From Firmicutes bacterium CAG:345 (lineage in GTDB: Bacteria > Bacillota_I > Bacilli_A > RFN20 > CAG-288): 64,000 nt of DNA. The position numbers and the translations under genes are program-made. Below are positions 50,870 through 60,758 of this stretch, one piece after another. How positions within the stretch are numbered: position 1 is the stretch's first letter; each line of letters starts with the position of its first letter. Under the pieces are notes generated by a model. That model worked only from the letters and a program-made list of their open reading frames with translations. It was not told the origin of the DNA and searched no databases. The stretch spans positions 115,049 through 179,048 of the forward strand of contig FR893375.1 of assembly GCA_000433315.1 (NCBI GenBank). The letters run 5' to 3'.

Positions 50870-51223
50870 TTAATTAGAGAATGTGTAAAAACTATTAATT
50901 AAACTACGCAATTCATTAATTTTATGTAATTCTTCAAAGCTATCGTCATATAATCCTAAATTGTCAATTTGTTCTTCAATTCCTATATGATTGACATTAC
51001 CATCTGAATCATAATAAGATTTTATCAATTTATACACTTCAAAATAATTATCTTTTGTTACTTCTGAATAATTACTGACAATATAATCAATATTGCTTTC
51101 AGTTAAGATTATTCTATATGTTAAATCATATAACAATGTATAATCACCATCTGGATCACTGACATATAAATCTAACTTATCAAGCATTCTATTATCTTCA
51201 AGTATTTTATATTTTCCAGTCAT
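50870..51223 (-). CDS. Hypothetical protein. Its frame stays open upstream for 55 more codons, up to the stop codon of the preceding LRR gene.
   Basis: Tracked 117-aa ORF. 51224-51388 has no stop and no ATG/GTG/TTG in the same frame, and that frame is in phase with ORF 51389-54493. Confidence 0.4.
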   Translation of the reverse strand: MTGKYKILEDNRMLDKLDLYVSDPDGDYTLLYDLTYRIILTESNIDYIVSNYSEVTKDNYFEVYKLIKSYYDSDGNVNHIGIEEQIDNLGLYDDSFEELHKINELRSLINSFYTFSN

Positions 51224-51388
51224 TGAAGCTAATTCTTCTTTAGCTTTTTCATTTTCCCAAGAAAAATTATCTATTTGATTTCTTAAATCATCAATAAGTT
51301 CATTGACATAACTTGTATATTCATCTTCTAAATTTAAAAATTCTTGATAATAAGGAAGATCATCTAATGTCCAGTCAATTCCAAATCC

Positions 51389-54300
51389 TTAAAGATAAAA
51401 AGCGGAAAATAATTGTTGATTTATAATAGTATCTAAACGATTTATTTCTGATAAATTTTTACTGTCAATTGTTTTATTTGTTTCTGTTAAATAATACATA
51501 TTATAAACAGCAAAGATAGTATAAATTTTATTAAGCTTATCAGGCAAAACTTGAGCATAATCTTCTATGCTAGCAACAGTATCGATTATTTCAACATAAT
51601 TATTGGCATCATATTCAGCTAATAAATCAAAATCATCAATCATTTTACCAACAGCATCGGCTTTTGAAATCATAAATGAATCAAATTCAGCTTTCTTTTC
51701 AAGATATTCTTGATATTTATAAATATCTTGAATATGATGATTCGTTCTTAATCCTAAATCTAATAAAACTTCAACACCTCTAATAGCTTCTAATGAATCA
51801 ATAAATTCTCCATATATAAGCTTATGTGCTCTTTCAAAATTTTCATCATTGAAACTATCAAATGATAAAAGTTCATTAATATAACTAGAAATAAGAAGTT
51901 TACTCCATTGTTTTTCAACACAAGAAATAGTTGCAAAAGAAGTAACACCTAATTCATTATACTTAGTAAATAATTTTGTAAATCCTTTAGTATCAAAAAC
52001 TTCAGAACTAAGTTTTTGATTTAATATTTCCATATATAAATCTTCGGTTTCTTTATAAGAATTTAAGTAATATTGATAATCAGCATTAACAGCATCAATC
52101 TTAGAAGATAATTTAACTTTAAGATCTTCTGGCAATAAATCAATATGCATTTTTAAATTAATAATAGATTTATTATCATTTGCTTTGAGAGAAGTTAATC
52201 CAGAAATATATTTAATAAAGCTATCATAGACAATATTTTCATAATTGCTGAAATAAAAATCTAAACTATGATCATATTCTTCACAATTATAAAGCAAAGA
52301 TAAATAACTTAATGATATTTCATAATCTTCTTTAAAAGTTTGATAATCTTTAGCTATTGAATAGGTTTGTGTGTCACCAAAAATATTATAAATATTATAT
52401 GATACATATCCATTATGTGTAAGTGTATCCTCTAATAATTCTAACAAAATATCTTTAGTAGTCATTCTTCCAAGCAGAGTTAAAACTTCACCACCTGCAG
52501 TTGTTACTTCATAATTTTTCCATGCTTCTAAATATGAATCATAATTATTTCCATTAAAGACAAAGTATGGATTTGAATATCCAATGGCTTCATAATTATA
52601 AAAAGCACTATTGTCAATTTCAAATGGTTCAACCTTATCTATATATATTCCATAAAGATATGGCATGCCAAAAATATTAATTCCAGATTCATCAATCTTT
52701 TTCAAATTACTATTTTCACTAATATGAATAATATTGATATTACTATTTTTTGTAAAAGCATAACTTTTAATTACTTCAACACTATCTAATAATTTAAAAT
52801 CATTTACTTCGAGTTTAGTTGGAACATAATATAATTCTTTGAAATCATTACTATATAAAACTCCATCTTTAGAGCCAAAAGTATTATTTTCTTGTTTGAC
52901 AGAGACAGAAGAACCTTTATAATTTTTAAATGCATTAATATCTAATGTCTTTAAAGATGCTGGGAAATTTAAATCAGCAGTAAGCCCAGAAAAAGCATTA
53001 GAACCTATATATTCAAGACCTTCATTGAAATTTATATTTTTCAAGAAACTTATATCATTATAAGAACTAAATGCACTTTCTTCAATTCTTTTTACAGATG
53101 AAGGTAATGTAAATTTTTCATCTTTTTTTCCACTAGAATAACGAATTAAAGTAGTTGCATCTTTATTATATAAATTACCATCGATAGAACAGAAATATTT
53201 ACTATCACTAGAAACTTCAAAATTAGTTATTTTACTATCATCACTAAAAACGTGAAGTCCTAATTCTGTAACTGTACTTGGAATATAAACATATTGCAAA
53301 TCATCACAACTTTGGAAAGCATAATTTCCAATTAATTCCAAACCTTCTGGCAAATTCAAACTAGAAATACTATAAGCACCAGTAAAAGCATAAGATTCAA
53401 TATTTTTTAAATTGCTATTTTCTGCAAATTCTAATTCTGTTACTCCATAATTCAAATATGCAAAAGCAAATTGTCCTATTTTTTTAAGAGATGATGGAAA
53501 ACTTAAAGTGCCTTTAAGTTTAGTAGAGGTAAAAGCACTATCATCAATTTCTTCTAATCCTTCTGGGAAAATTACTTTTTTTAAAGTAGAAATAGAATCA
53601 AAAGCATTTTTACCAATATATTTAACCATACTTCCTGGGGCAAAACTAATTTCTTCTATAGAAACAATACTAGCCATGGAAATAGACATGTCAAATTCAG
53701 GCATTGAATAATAGATAAAATTATCTGCGATAGCAGTAACTGGATATAATTCTATTGTTCGTGGAAAAACCAAATTCGTAATAGTCGAATAATAATGATC
53801 TTCATCATCCCAATTAAATGAATTTATCGTTGCTGTACCATGTTCTCTATCAATGGTGTAATTATATAATTTTCTATAATCTACATCATAACCAGCATAA
53901 AAATTTTGATTGGATGAAGCATCCAAATATCCATCTGTAACATATTGAGCTCTTTGTGTTAATTCCTTATCAATAAACCATCCAGCAAATTGCATCAATT
54001 GACCATCTTTTTCATAGGTAGGAACAACATTACTTACATCAATTTGTCCGTTAATAATATTAATGTCAGTTGAATCATTTCCATCTAAAGTACCACCATT
54101 AAAATTGAAGTGTCCTTTAGATTCAATTACTTCATAAGTGAATTCATATCTTAATCCAGCACAAATAATTACTAAAGTATGTTGACCAAATGTTGAAGTA
54201 TCTGCTTCAGAAATTTCAACTTCACTAGAGTAATAATAATAGATAATTTCTTGGCCGTTTTCATACTTAACATGAATATTTAAATCGCTTAAATCAATAA

Positions 54301-54493
54301 TATCATTTAAATTGTATTGATTAGCAGGACCACCAGTGCAATATATTTCTTTAGCTTTTCCTAAAGAAGCTGAATTAAAAAAATTAGAAGAACTACTATC
54401 TCCTGATGTAGAATTTTGATTGCAGCCAATCAAAGAAGTAGTTCCTATTGCTAAACTTGCAAAAACTAATAAATTAAGTATTTTTCTTTTCAT
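51389..54493 (-). CDS. Surface lipoprotein with Listeria-Bacteroides-type repeats, BspA-type leucine-rich repeats and a long helical C-terminal region
   Basis: Lipobox LIGC. FNFNGGTLDG...FAGWF repeat. Multiple approximately 23-aa units of the form I..SAF....L..I.LP..L..IG..AF. Confidence 0.7.
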   Translation of the reverse strand: MKRKILNLLVFASLAIGTTSLIGCNQNSTSGDSSSSNFFNSASLGKAKEIYCTGGPANQYNLNDIIDLSDLNIHVKYENGQEIIYYYYSSEVEISEADTSTFGQHTLVIICAGLRYEFTYEVIESKGHFNFNGGTLDGNDSTDINIINGQIDVSNVVPTYEKDGQLMQFAGWFIDKELTQRAQYVTDGYLDASSNQNFYAGYDVDYRKLYNYTIDREHGTATINSFNWDDEDHYYSTITNLVFPRTIELYPVTAIADNFIYYSMPEFDMSISMASIVSIEEISFAPGSMVKYIGKNAFDSISTLKKVIFPEGLEEIDDSAFTSTKLKGTLSFPSSLKKIGQFAFAYLNYGVTELEFAENSNLKNIESYAFTGAYSISSLNLPEGLELIGNYAFQSCDDLQYVYIPSTVTELGLHVFSDDSKITNFEVSSDSKYFCSIDGNLYNKDATTLIRYSSGKKDEKFTLPSSVKRIEESAFSSYNDISFLKNINFNEGLEYIGSNAFSGLTADLNFPASLKTLDINAFKNYKGSSVSVKQENNTFGSKDGVLYSNDFKELYYVPTKLEVNDFKLLDSVEVIKSYAFTKNSNINIIHISENSNLKKIDESGINIFGMPYLYGIYIDKVEPFEIDNSAFYNYEAIGYSNPYFVFNGNNYDSYLEAWKNYEVTTAGGEVLTLLGRMTTKDILLELLEDTLTHNGYVSYNIYNIFGDTQTYSIAKDYQTFKEDYEISLSYLSLLYNCEEYDHSLDFYFSNYENIVYDSFIKYISGLTSLKANDNKSIINLKMHIDLLPEDLKVKLSSKIDAVNADYQYYLNSYKETEDLYMEILNQKLSSEVFDTKGFTKLFTKYNELGVTSFATISCVEKQWSKLLISSYINELLSFDSFNDENFERAHKLIYGEFIDSLEAIRGVEVLLDLGLRTNHHIQDIYKYQEYLEKKAEFDSFMISKADAVGKMIDDFDLLAEYDANNYVEIIDTVASIEDYAQVLPDKLNKIYTIFAVYNMYYLTETNKTIDSKNLSEINRLDTIINQQLFSAFYL

Positions 54494-54496
54494 TAT

Positions 54497-56350
54497 TTAC
54501 CTTATAACAATAACGTTTCCATATCTGCCATCTTTTGTAGTGTATTTTATAATATTGTTATCATCTTTAATTTTTTGAGAAAACAAATCAATTATATTTG
54601 TTGTCTTTCCTGTCGATGTTGTATATTGCTCATATTCAACATACCACGAATATGGAATATATACCAAAACTGAATTATCATCATTAATAATTTGACCATT
54701 AGACAATTTAATTTCTAAATTTTCCTCTACTTTGCTCAACCTAATTCCAGAAATTAACGGAAATTCAGAACTTCTCGAATATATTGACATTTTGGCATTA
54801 ATTATCTTTTTAAGGCCTTCTCCGCTAATACGAACAAGAATTCCTTGTTCATCAATTATGATGGTCGATAATTCTTCCGAAGTCAAACTTCCTTTGACAA
54901 AATTTCCCTTGATTATCGCTGTTGGCATCAACGCAATAGCGGCTCCTGATTTCATTCTAATACTATCAACAACATAGTCACTAATAAGCAGTTCATTATA
55001 ATTAATCAAAGAACTATCATAATCAAACGTCTCTTCAACTTGATATGTATCATAAACTTTATTTGCTCTATTAAATATCGCTTCATCCAAACTTTGTATA
55101 CATTGATCAAGTGATGTCTTTTGTTGTGCATATTGTTTTAAAATTGATATCTCAGGCAAGAATAACTGTTCAACCAAATCTGTAATCATCACTCTTCCAC
55201 TTTTAATTGAATCTTGTAATTGTTCAAAATTAGAAGAAAGAACATATTCAGAATCTTTTATATAAGAGATAATATCATTTTTAATAAAACCATCAGAGTC
55301 CATCATTGAAGCTTTTTGGCCTTCATTAGATGCATAGAAATCAAAGAAAGCATTTATCGCCTCTTTCTTTGAAGGAGAAGCCTTTTCAAAAGCCTTTTCC
55401 GAAACACCTAAATAATATCGAGGCTTAGAAGCCACCCATTTTTGATTCGAATCTTCACCGACTAAAGGATAAATTGAATAACTGAAGGTTGCTTTTCTAG
55501 TTTTATATTCTTTTTCAAAGTCAATTGAAGGACTAATTCCTAAAATCATCGCTTCAGAATTAAAAAACAAATTCATTTTGTCATTATTGCTCAACGATTC
55601 ATCAGTATTATAGAAATTATATCTAAACATTGATTGGTACATCTTTAAAATTGTTTCAAACTCAGCATAATAAAGACTATTATTTATAGTGTTATATCCT
55701 TTATAATACTCTTTCAAAAATATAGAACCCTTTGTTGTGCCGATAAAAATTGGAATAGCCACGCGAAGAAAAGAATCAAAGAACAATTGGTCACCATCAA
55801 GAACTATACAAGCATTAGAATAAATTTGCATTCTTTTTGCTATTTCAATAAGTTCGTTAGCCGTTTCAGGAATAGTGAAATTTCTTTTTTTCATCAAATT
55901 CATATTATAGCAAAGACTATATAAATCACCCGGACCAGGGAAAACATTAATTTCATCATTTTCATCTTTTAATAAATAGATAATAGAACTTTGATATTGG
56001 CCAATAGATTCAAATCTATTTAAAGGATGCAAATAATCAGAATAAGTATTAGCGATATTTAAATTATCGAAAGCAATAATATCTGTGTCTATATAATCAT
56101 GAGAAAAATAATAATTTAGTAATTTACTATCATCATATGTATTCACTATTAGTTGATATTTAGATTGATACTTATCATTAAAAGCATGAACTAAAGTAGT
56201 TATCTTTTCCGCTTCAGATGATAATAAAGTTAAAGTAATATCTTCAACTCTTGGATATTTATTACTATTATTGTTAGCACACGAAGAAATTAAAAATAGG
56301 CTAGCAAAAGCTGATAATATAATCTTTTTTATAGCCGATTTAATTTCCAT
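54497..56350 (-). CDS. Lipoprotein, solute-binding-protein-like N-terminal part with an additional C-terminal domain
   Basis: Lipobox ISSC. Alternating alpha/beta pattern like family-1 SBPs, by eye only. It sits 3 nt from the next gene. Confidence 0.4.
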   Translation of the reverse strand: MEIKSAIKKIILSAFASLFLISSCANNNSNKYPRVEDITLTLLSSEAEKITTLVHAFNDKYQSKYQLIVNTYDDSKLLNYYFSHDYIDTDIIAFDNLNIANTYSDYLHPLNRFESIGQYQSSIIYLLKDENDEINVFPGPGDLYSLCYNMNLMKKRNFTIPETANELIEIAKRMQIYSNACIVLDGDQLFFDSFLRVAIPIFIGTTKGSIFLKEYYKGYNTINNSLYYAEFETILKMYQSMFRYNFYNTDESLSNNDKMNLFFNSEAMILGISPSIDFEKEYKTRKATFSYSIYPLVGEDSNQKWVASKPRYYLGVSEKAFEKASPSKKEAINAFFDFYASNEGQKASMMDSDGFIKNDIISYIKDSEYVLSSNFEQLQDSIKSGRVMITDLVEQLFLPEISILKQYAQQKTSLDQCIQSLDEAIFNRANKVYDTYQVEETFDYDSSLINYNELLISDYVVDSIRMKSGAAIALMPTAIIKGNFVKGSLTSEELSTIIIDEQGILVRISGEGLKKIINAKMSIYSRSSEFPLISGIRLSKVEENLEIKLSNGQIINDDNSVLVYIPYSWYVEYEQYTTSTGKTTNIIDLFSQKIKDDNNIIKYTTKDGRYGNVIVIR

Positions 56351-56465
56351 CAGAGCACTCCCTTGAATAATTCATTTTTCTATTTTTTTATTCAGCCTCA
56401 ATAAGCATTATATTATAACTATTTTCGACAATTATTGCAATTATTTCAAAAAAATTTTGGCAATT

Positions 56466-56491
56466 AAAAAGTGAGAAAATAAATTTCTCAC
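56466..56491 (-). terminator. Rho-independent terminator after the ferredoxin gene
   Basis: Minus strand reads GTGAGAAA-TTTAT-TTTCTCAC followed by TTTTT. Confidence 0.75.
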
Positions 56492-56501
56492 CTTATAAAT
56501 C

Positions 56502-56693
56502 TTATTCTTCGATTGCTTGAACAGGGCAGCTATTTTTAGCTTCATCCACAGAAGCTTCGAGATCTTCAGGAATCTCATCTAAAATAACACTAGCCTTGCC
56601 ATCATCGTTAAATGCGAATACTGCATCGCAAATTGCTGTACACATACCGCAAGAAATGCAGACATCTTGATTAACATGAACCTTTTTTCCCAT
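56502..56693 (-). CDS. Small ferredoxin (single Fe-S cluster type)
   Basis: CISCGMCTAIC...NSCP cysteine pattern. The start is set at the internal MGKKVH, preceded by AGGAGG. Confidence 0.8.
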   Translation of the reverse strand: MGKKVHVNQDVCISCGMCTAICDAVFAFNDDGKASVILDEIPEDLEASVDEAKNSCPVQAIEE

Positions 56694-56823
56694 TTTTAAA
56701 GGCCTCCTTAACAAATAAATTATAACAAAGGAAAAATAAACTATCAAGTGTTAAGAAAAAATCAAAATTAAATAAATTTAAAAGCAACTTTATAATATTA
56801 GAATAAAATTGTTTTTAAAAGAT

Positions 56824-57630
56824 TTATCTAATTACCATTGCTCCTTTTTCATCAAAAATAACATCAAATCCTAACTTTTTAAAGAATTCTTGGTTAGAGT
56901 TACATCCAAAATCTTTCGGCGTATAATCAGGATAATATCTATACAAATCATTTATAAAAACTGATAATTTTATATAATCACCATTTCCTCTATTTTCTAA
57001 AATCAAATAGGAGCGAGCTTTAATTTCATCAATTTTCTTCATATCTTCTTCAGACAAATCTGGGAATAAATTTTTTCTTGAATCTGCTTCATTCTTTTTA
57101 GATGAACTTTTAGATTTTGAATTTGTTTTGGTCTTCTTTGGTTTAGAGATTTGTTTTTCTTCTCCTAATCTTATAAATCTAGCGCAAGTTTCAATAAAGG
57201 CTTTAGAAATTTTATCTTCACCAGCGCCAATAACAAAATATCCATCTTCTCTAATACGTATCGCTAAAGAAGTAAAATTAGAATCAGAAGTAGCTAAGCA
57301 AAAAGCATCAACTCTATGATCATGAAGAATATCCATAGCATCTATTATCAACACTGAATCCGAATTATTTTTTCCAGTAGAAATAACGTTTCCTTGAATA
57401 GGTTTAATTGAAAATTCATTACAAATTTCTTTCCAAGGTTTTAAAATTTGTGATGTAAAATCACCATAAACACGACGAATTGTAATATTTCCAAAAGATT
57501 TCAATTGTTCTAGCAAAGTAGGAATATATTTATAAGAGATGTTTTCAACATCTATCAATAAAGCAATAGTATAATCATCATTATTAACAACTTGAGTATT
57601 TTCTTCACTTACCTTTATTTTTTTCATCAT
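56824..57630 (-). CDS. NYN (LabA/DUF88) domain protein with a C-terminal OST-HTH/LOTUS-like domain
   Basis: IALLIDVENIS...RVYGDFT...LATSDSNFTSLAIRIRE is a typical NYN fold. It is followed by a basic/Ser-rich linker and a small C-terminal domain. Confidence 0.65.
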   Translation of the reverse strand: MMKKIKVSEENTQVVNNDDYTIALLIDVENISYKYIPTLLEQLKSFGNITIRRVYGDFTSQILKPWKEICNEFSIKPIQGNVISTGKNNSDSVLIIDAMDILHDHRVDAFCLATSDSNFTSLAIRIREDGYFVIGAGEDKISKAFIETCARFIRLGEEKQISKPKKTKTNSKSKSSSKKNEADSRKNLFPDLSEEDMKKIDEIKARSYLILENRGNGDYIKLSVFINDLYRYYPDYTPKDFGCNSNQEFFKKLGFDVIFDEKGAMVIR

Positions 57631-57700
57631 ATCTCCTTAATAAGCATAAAAATTATAACATATAAAAATGTAGAAAAAGCTAAAAATAAAAATATTACAT

Positions 57701-58198
57701 TTATAAAGTTTTTTCTACAATTTTATTTTGCATCAATGATTTTTTTACATCGATTATTCTTTGATTGCTGCTGCCGCGAAATTTCAAAGACAAATGTCTT
57801 TGTTCCAAAATAAATGGTCCATCGATAAGTGTATCAACATTGTTTAAGAGATCTTTTAATCTTTGGTTGGCTTTTGTCATTTCTAGAACTTCTTCAAAAA
57901 GAAATCCAGTATACAAAATGACATCTAATCCTTTACTTTTTGCATATTCAGCAATTTCTGTCGAAGCATCGATTTGATAAAGCGGATCTCCACCACTAAG
58001 TGTTATTCCGTCAGCATATGGATTATCATCAATAATTTTTTTAATCAAATCAAACGAAACTTCTTTTCCACCTTCAAAGTCCCAAGTTTCTGGATTATGA
58101 CATCCATAACAATGATGAGCGCATCCTTGAAAAAAGATGACGATCCTGAAACCAGGACCGTCAACAATTGATTCTTCTACAAAACCAGCTATTCTCAT
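57701..58198 (-). CDS. nrdG: Anaerobic ribonucleoside-triphosphate reductase activating protein (radical SAM)
   Basis: VDGPGFRIVIFFQGCAHHCYGCHNPETW cluster motif. It overlaps the nrdD stop. Confidence 0.9.
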   Translation of the reverse strand: MRIAGFVEESIVDGPGFRIVIFFQGCAHHCYGCHNPETWDFEGGKEVSFDLIKKIIDDNPYADGITLSGGDPLYQIDASTEIAEYAKSKGLDVILYTGFLFEEVLEMTKANQRLKDLLNNVDTLIDGPFILEQRHLSLKFRGSSNQRIIDVKKSLMQNKIVEKTL

Positions 58199-60519
58199 TT
58201 TAATTCATCTGAAGAATATTTAGAATGTTTCACTCTATCATGTTCTTCAGCTCTTTTGCCATTATTGAATCGATCAAGAGTACCAACTAAATAACCAGTA
58301 ATTCTTCTTATTCTTTCAAAATTACGATTACCATCGCCTTCATGTCGACCACATTTAGGACAAGCATCATCAATAATGCCATTATATCCACAAATAGGAT
58401 CACGATCGACTGGATGATTGACTGCACCATAACCTATTCCAGCTTTTTTCATATGTCTAATGACTTTTTCAAAAGCTTCAGGATTTTTAGCAACATCACC
58501 ATCAACCTCAATATAAGTGATATGTCCACCATTTGTATATTCATGATATGGGGCTTCTATATCAATTTTCTTAAAAATAGAAATAGGATAGTAAACAGGA
58601 ACATGGAATGAATTTGTATAGTAATTACGATCTGTTACACCTTTGATAATTCCATATTTCTTTTTATCAATTTTAACAAAACGACCAGATAAGCCTTCAG
58701 CTGGTGTAGCGATTAAAGAGAAATTGAGTTTATATTCTTTAGAAGCTTCATCGCATCTTTCTCTCATATGAGAAATAATTTTAAGACCTAAGGCTTGGCT
58801 CTCTTCAGATTCGCCATGATGTTTTCCTACCAAAGCAACTAAGCACTCTGCTAAACCGATAAAACCAATTGTCAAAGTACCATTGCGAATAATTTCATCA
58901 ATTTCATCTTCCCAACCTAATTTATCCGAATCAATCCAAACATGTTGTCCCATCAAGAAAGGCATATTTTTTACTTTCTTATGGCGTTGTACTTCAAATC
59001 TTAAAAGTAATTGCTTGATAACAAGATCAATCATTGAATCAAGTTTTTCAAAGAAAATATCTACATTATGATTAGATTCAATACCTAATCTTGGAAGATT
59101 GATTGATGTGAATGATAAATTACCACGACCACAAGTTACTTCTTTACTCTTATCATAGATATTTCCCATTACACGTGTACGGCAACCCATATACGCAACT
59201 TCTGAGTTATAATCATTTGGTTTGTAATAAATAGCATTAAAAGGTGCATCCAAGAAAGAGAAATTAGGGAATAATCTTTTAGAAGAACATTCAATAGCTA
59301 ATTTAAAAAGATCATAGTTAGGATCGCCAGGATTATAATTAACACCTTCTTTAACTTTAAATATTTGAATTGGGAAAATAGGAGTTTCTCCATCGCCTAA
59401 GCCTTCTTCGGTAGCAATCAATAAGCTTCTCATAGCTAAGCGACCTTCTTCCGAAGTATCTGTACCATAATTCAAAGAAGAGAAAGGAACTTGAGCACCA
59501 GCTCTAGAATGCATTGTATTTAAGTTATGAACTAAAGCTTCCATAGCTTGATGTGTTTGTTCTTCAACTTCCTTTTCACTATCCTTAATAACAAAAGGTT
59601 TTATTTTTTCCCAAGATAATTCAGGATATTTTTCTTCAAGTAGTCCAAAAACTTTGTTTTGACTATCGTAATCATGATATCTTGGTTCAATTTCAGATTT
59701 ATAAAGTTCCTTAAAATAAGGTTTTAACTCGGATTCAAGATTCTTTCCATCAATAAAATCTATAAACTTAATAATATTATTTCTGAAAATTTTATTGTAT
59801 GTTTTTTTAACACCTTCAGCCATGGCAAAATCAAAATTTGGAATAGCTTGTCCACCATGCATATCGTTTTGATCAGCTTGAATAGCAATACAAGCTAAAG
59901 CAGCATAAGAGCGAATATCATTAGGTTCTCTTAAAAAGCCATGACCAGTTGAAAATCCACCATGGAATAACTTTAAAACATCAATTTGACAACAGGTTAA
60001 TGTCAAAGTATAAAAATCCAAATCATGGATATGAATATCGCCATTGATATGAGCATCAGCAATATCTTTTGGTAAAAGATGAGTTAAATAATAATCTTTG
60101 GCTGATTCAGAACCATACTTAAGCATAGTTCCCATCGCTGTATCGCCATCGATATTAGCATTCTCTCTTTTGACATCAGATTCCTTAGAATCTTGGAATG
60201 TAATATGTTCCAAAGTAGACATTAAACGGGATTTTGCCTCACGAACTGAAGTGCGTTCATGACGATAAGTAATATATTCTTTTGCAGTTTTAGCATAATT
60301 GTGCTTAATCAAAAGATCTTCAATAATATCTTGAGTTTGTTCAACTGTTGGAGTTTCATTTTTATACTTTTTATTCAAAAGAGAAACTACTTCATCTGTA
60401 AGTTCACCAATTTTAACTTCTTCTTCTGATCTTTCGACGGCTTTTGAAATAGCATTCAAAATCTTTGTCTGATCAAAAGGAACAATTCGACCATCTCTTT
60501 TAATAATTTTCTTAACCAT
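58195..60519 (-). CDS. nrdD: Anaerobic ribonucleoside-triphosphate reductase (class III)
   Basis: N-terminal ATP-cone (KRDGRIVPFD), a C-terminal Cys4 zinc site (CGY...CPKCG) and the glycyl radical motif RRITGY. The start is set at the internal MVKKII after GGAGG. Confidence 0.95.
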   Translation of the reverse strand: MVKKIIKRDGRIVPFDQTKILNAISKAVERSEEEVKIGELTDEVVSLLNKKYKNETPTVEQTQDIIEDLLIKHNYAKTAKEYITYRHERTSVREAKSRLMSTLEHITFQDSKESDVKRENANIDGDTAMGTMLKYGSESAKDYYLTHLLPKDIADAHINGDIHIHDLDFYTLTLTCCQIDVLKLFHGGFSTGHGFLREPNDIRSYAALACIAIQADQNDMHGGQAIPNFDFAMAEGVKKTYNKIFRNNIIKFIDFIDGKNLESELKPYFKELYKSEIEPRYHDYDSQNKVFGLLEEKYPELSWEKIKPFVIKDSEKEVEEQTHQAMEALVHNLNTMHSRAGAQVPFSSLNYGTDTSEEGRLAMRSLLIATEEGLGDGETPIFPIQIFKVKEGVNYNPGDPNYDLFKLAIECSSKRLFPNFSFLDAPFNAIYYKPNDYNSEVAYMGCRTRVMGNIYDKSKEVTCGRGNLSFTSINLPRLGIESNHNVDIFFEKLDSMIDLVIKQLLLRFEVQRHKKVKNMPFLMGQHVWIDSDKLGWEDEIDEIIRNGTLTIGFIGLAECLVALVGKHHGESEESQALGLKIISHMRERCDEASKEYKLNFSLIATPAEGLSGRFVKIDKKKYGIIKGVTDRNYYTNSFHVPVYYPISIFKKIDIEAPYHEYTNGGHITYIEVDGDVAKNPEAFEKVIRHMKKAGIGYGAVNHPVDRDPICGYNGIIDDACPKCGRHEGDGNRNFERIRRITGYLVGTLDRFNNGKRAEEHDRVKHSKYSSDELK

Positions 60520-60547
60520 ACTAACGCCTCCATAGTGTGCGTATGTA

Positions 60548-60576
60548 ATTATACTTCCCAAAAAAATCTCTTTCAA
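60548..60576 (-). promoter_or_regulatory. Consensus sigma-A promoter of nrdDG
   Basis: Minus strand reads TTGAAA (60576-60571), 17-nt spacer, TATAAT (60553-60548). Confidence 0.7.
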
Positions 60577-60758
60577 CTGATAAGCATTTTAATTTAAAAG
60601 GTTGTTTCTATAAAAAAAGTAAGGTTATTTCGTTTAAACTTTTAAAAAATGTATCAGAAAAAAATTTTTTAAAATTTTTCAGTCTAAATTTGCAATAATA
60701 AAATATTTTATTTTTTCTAAAAATATGCTACTCTTGCAATATAAATAAGGAGAAAATT

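Noticed and set aside
60577-60758. Search for NrdR boxes or a cobalamin riboswitch upstream of nrdD
   Set aside because: I found only a consensus promoter and AT-rich sequence. There is no convincing 16-bp NrdR-type palindrome pair and no B12-box.
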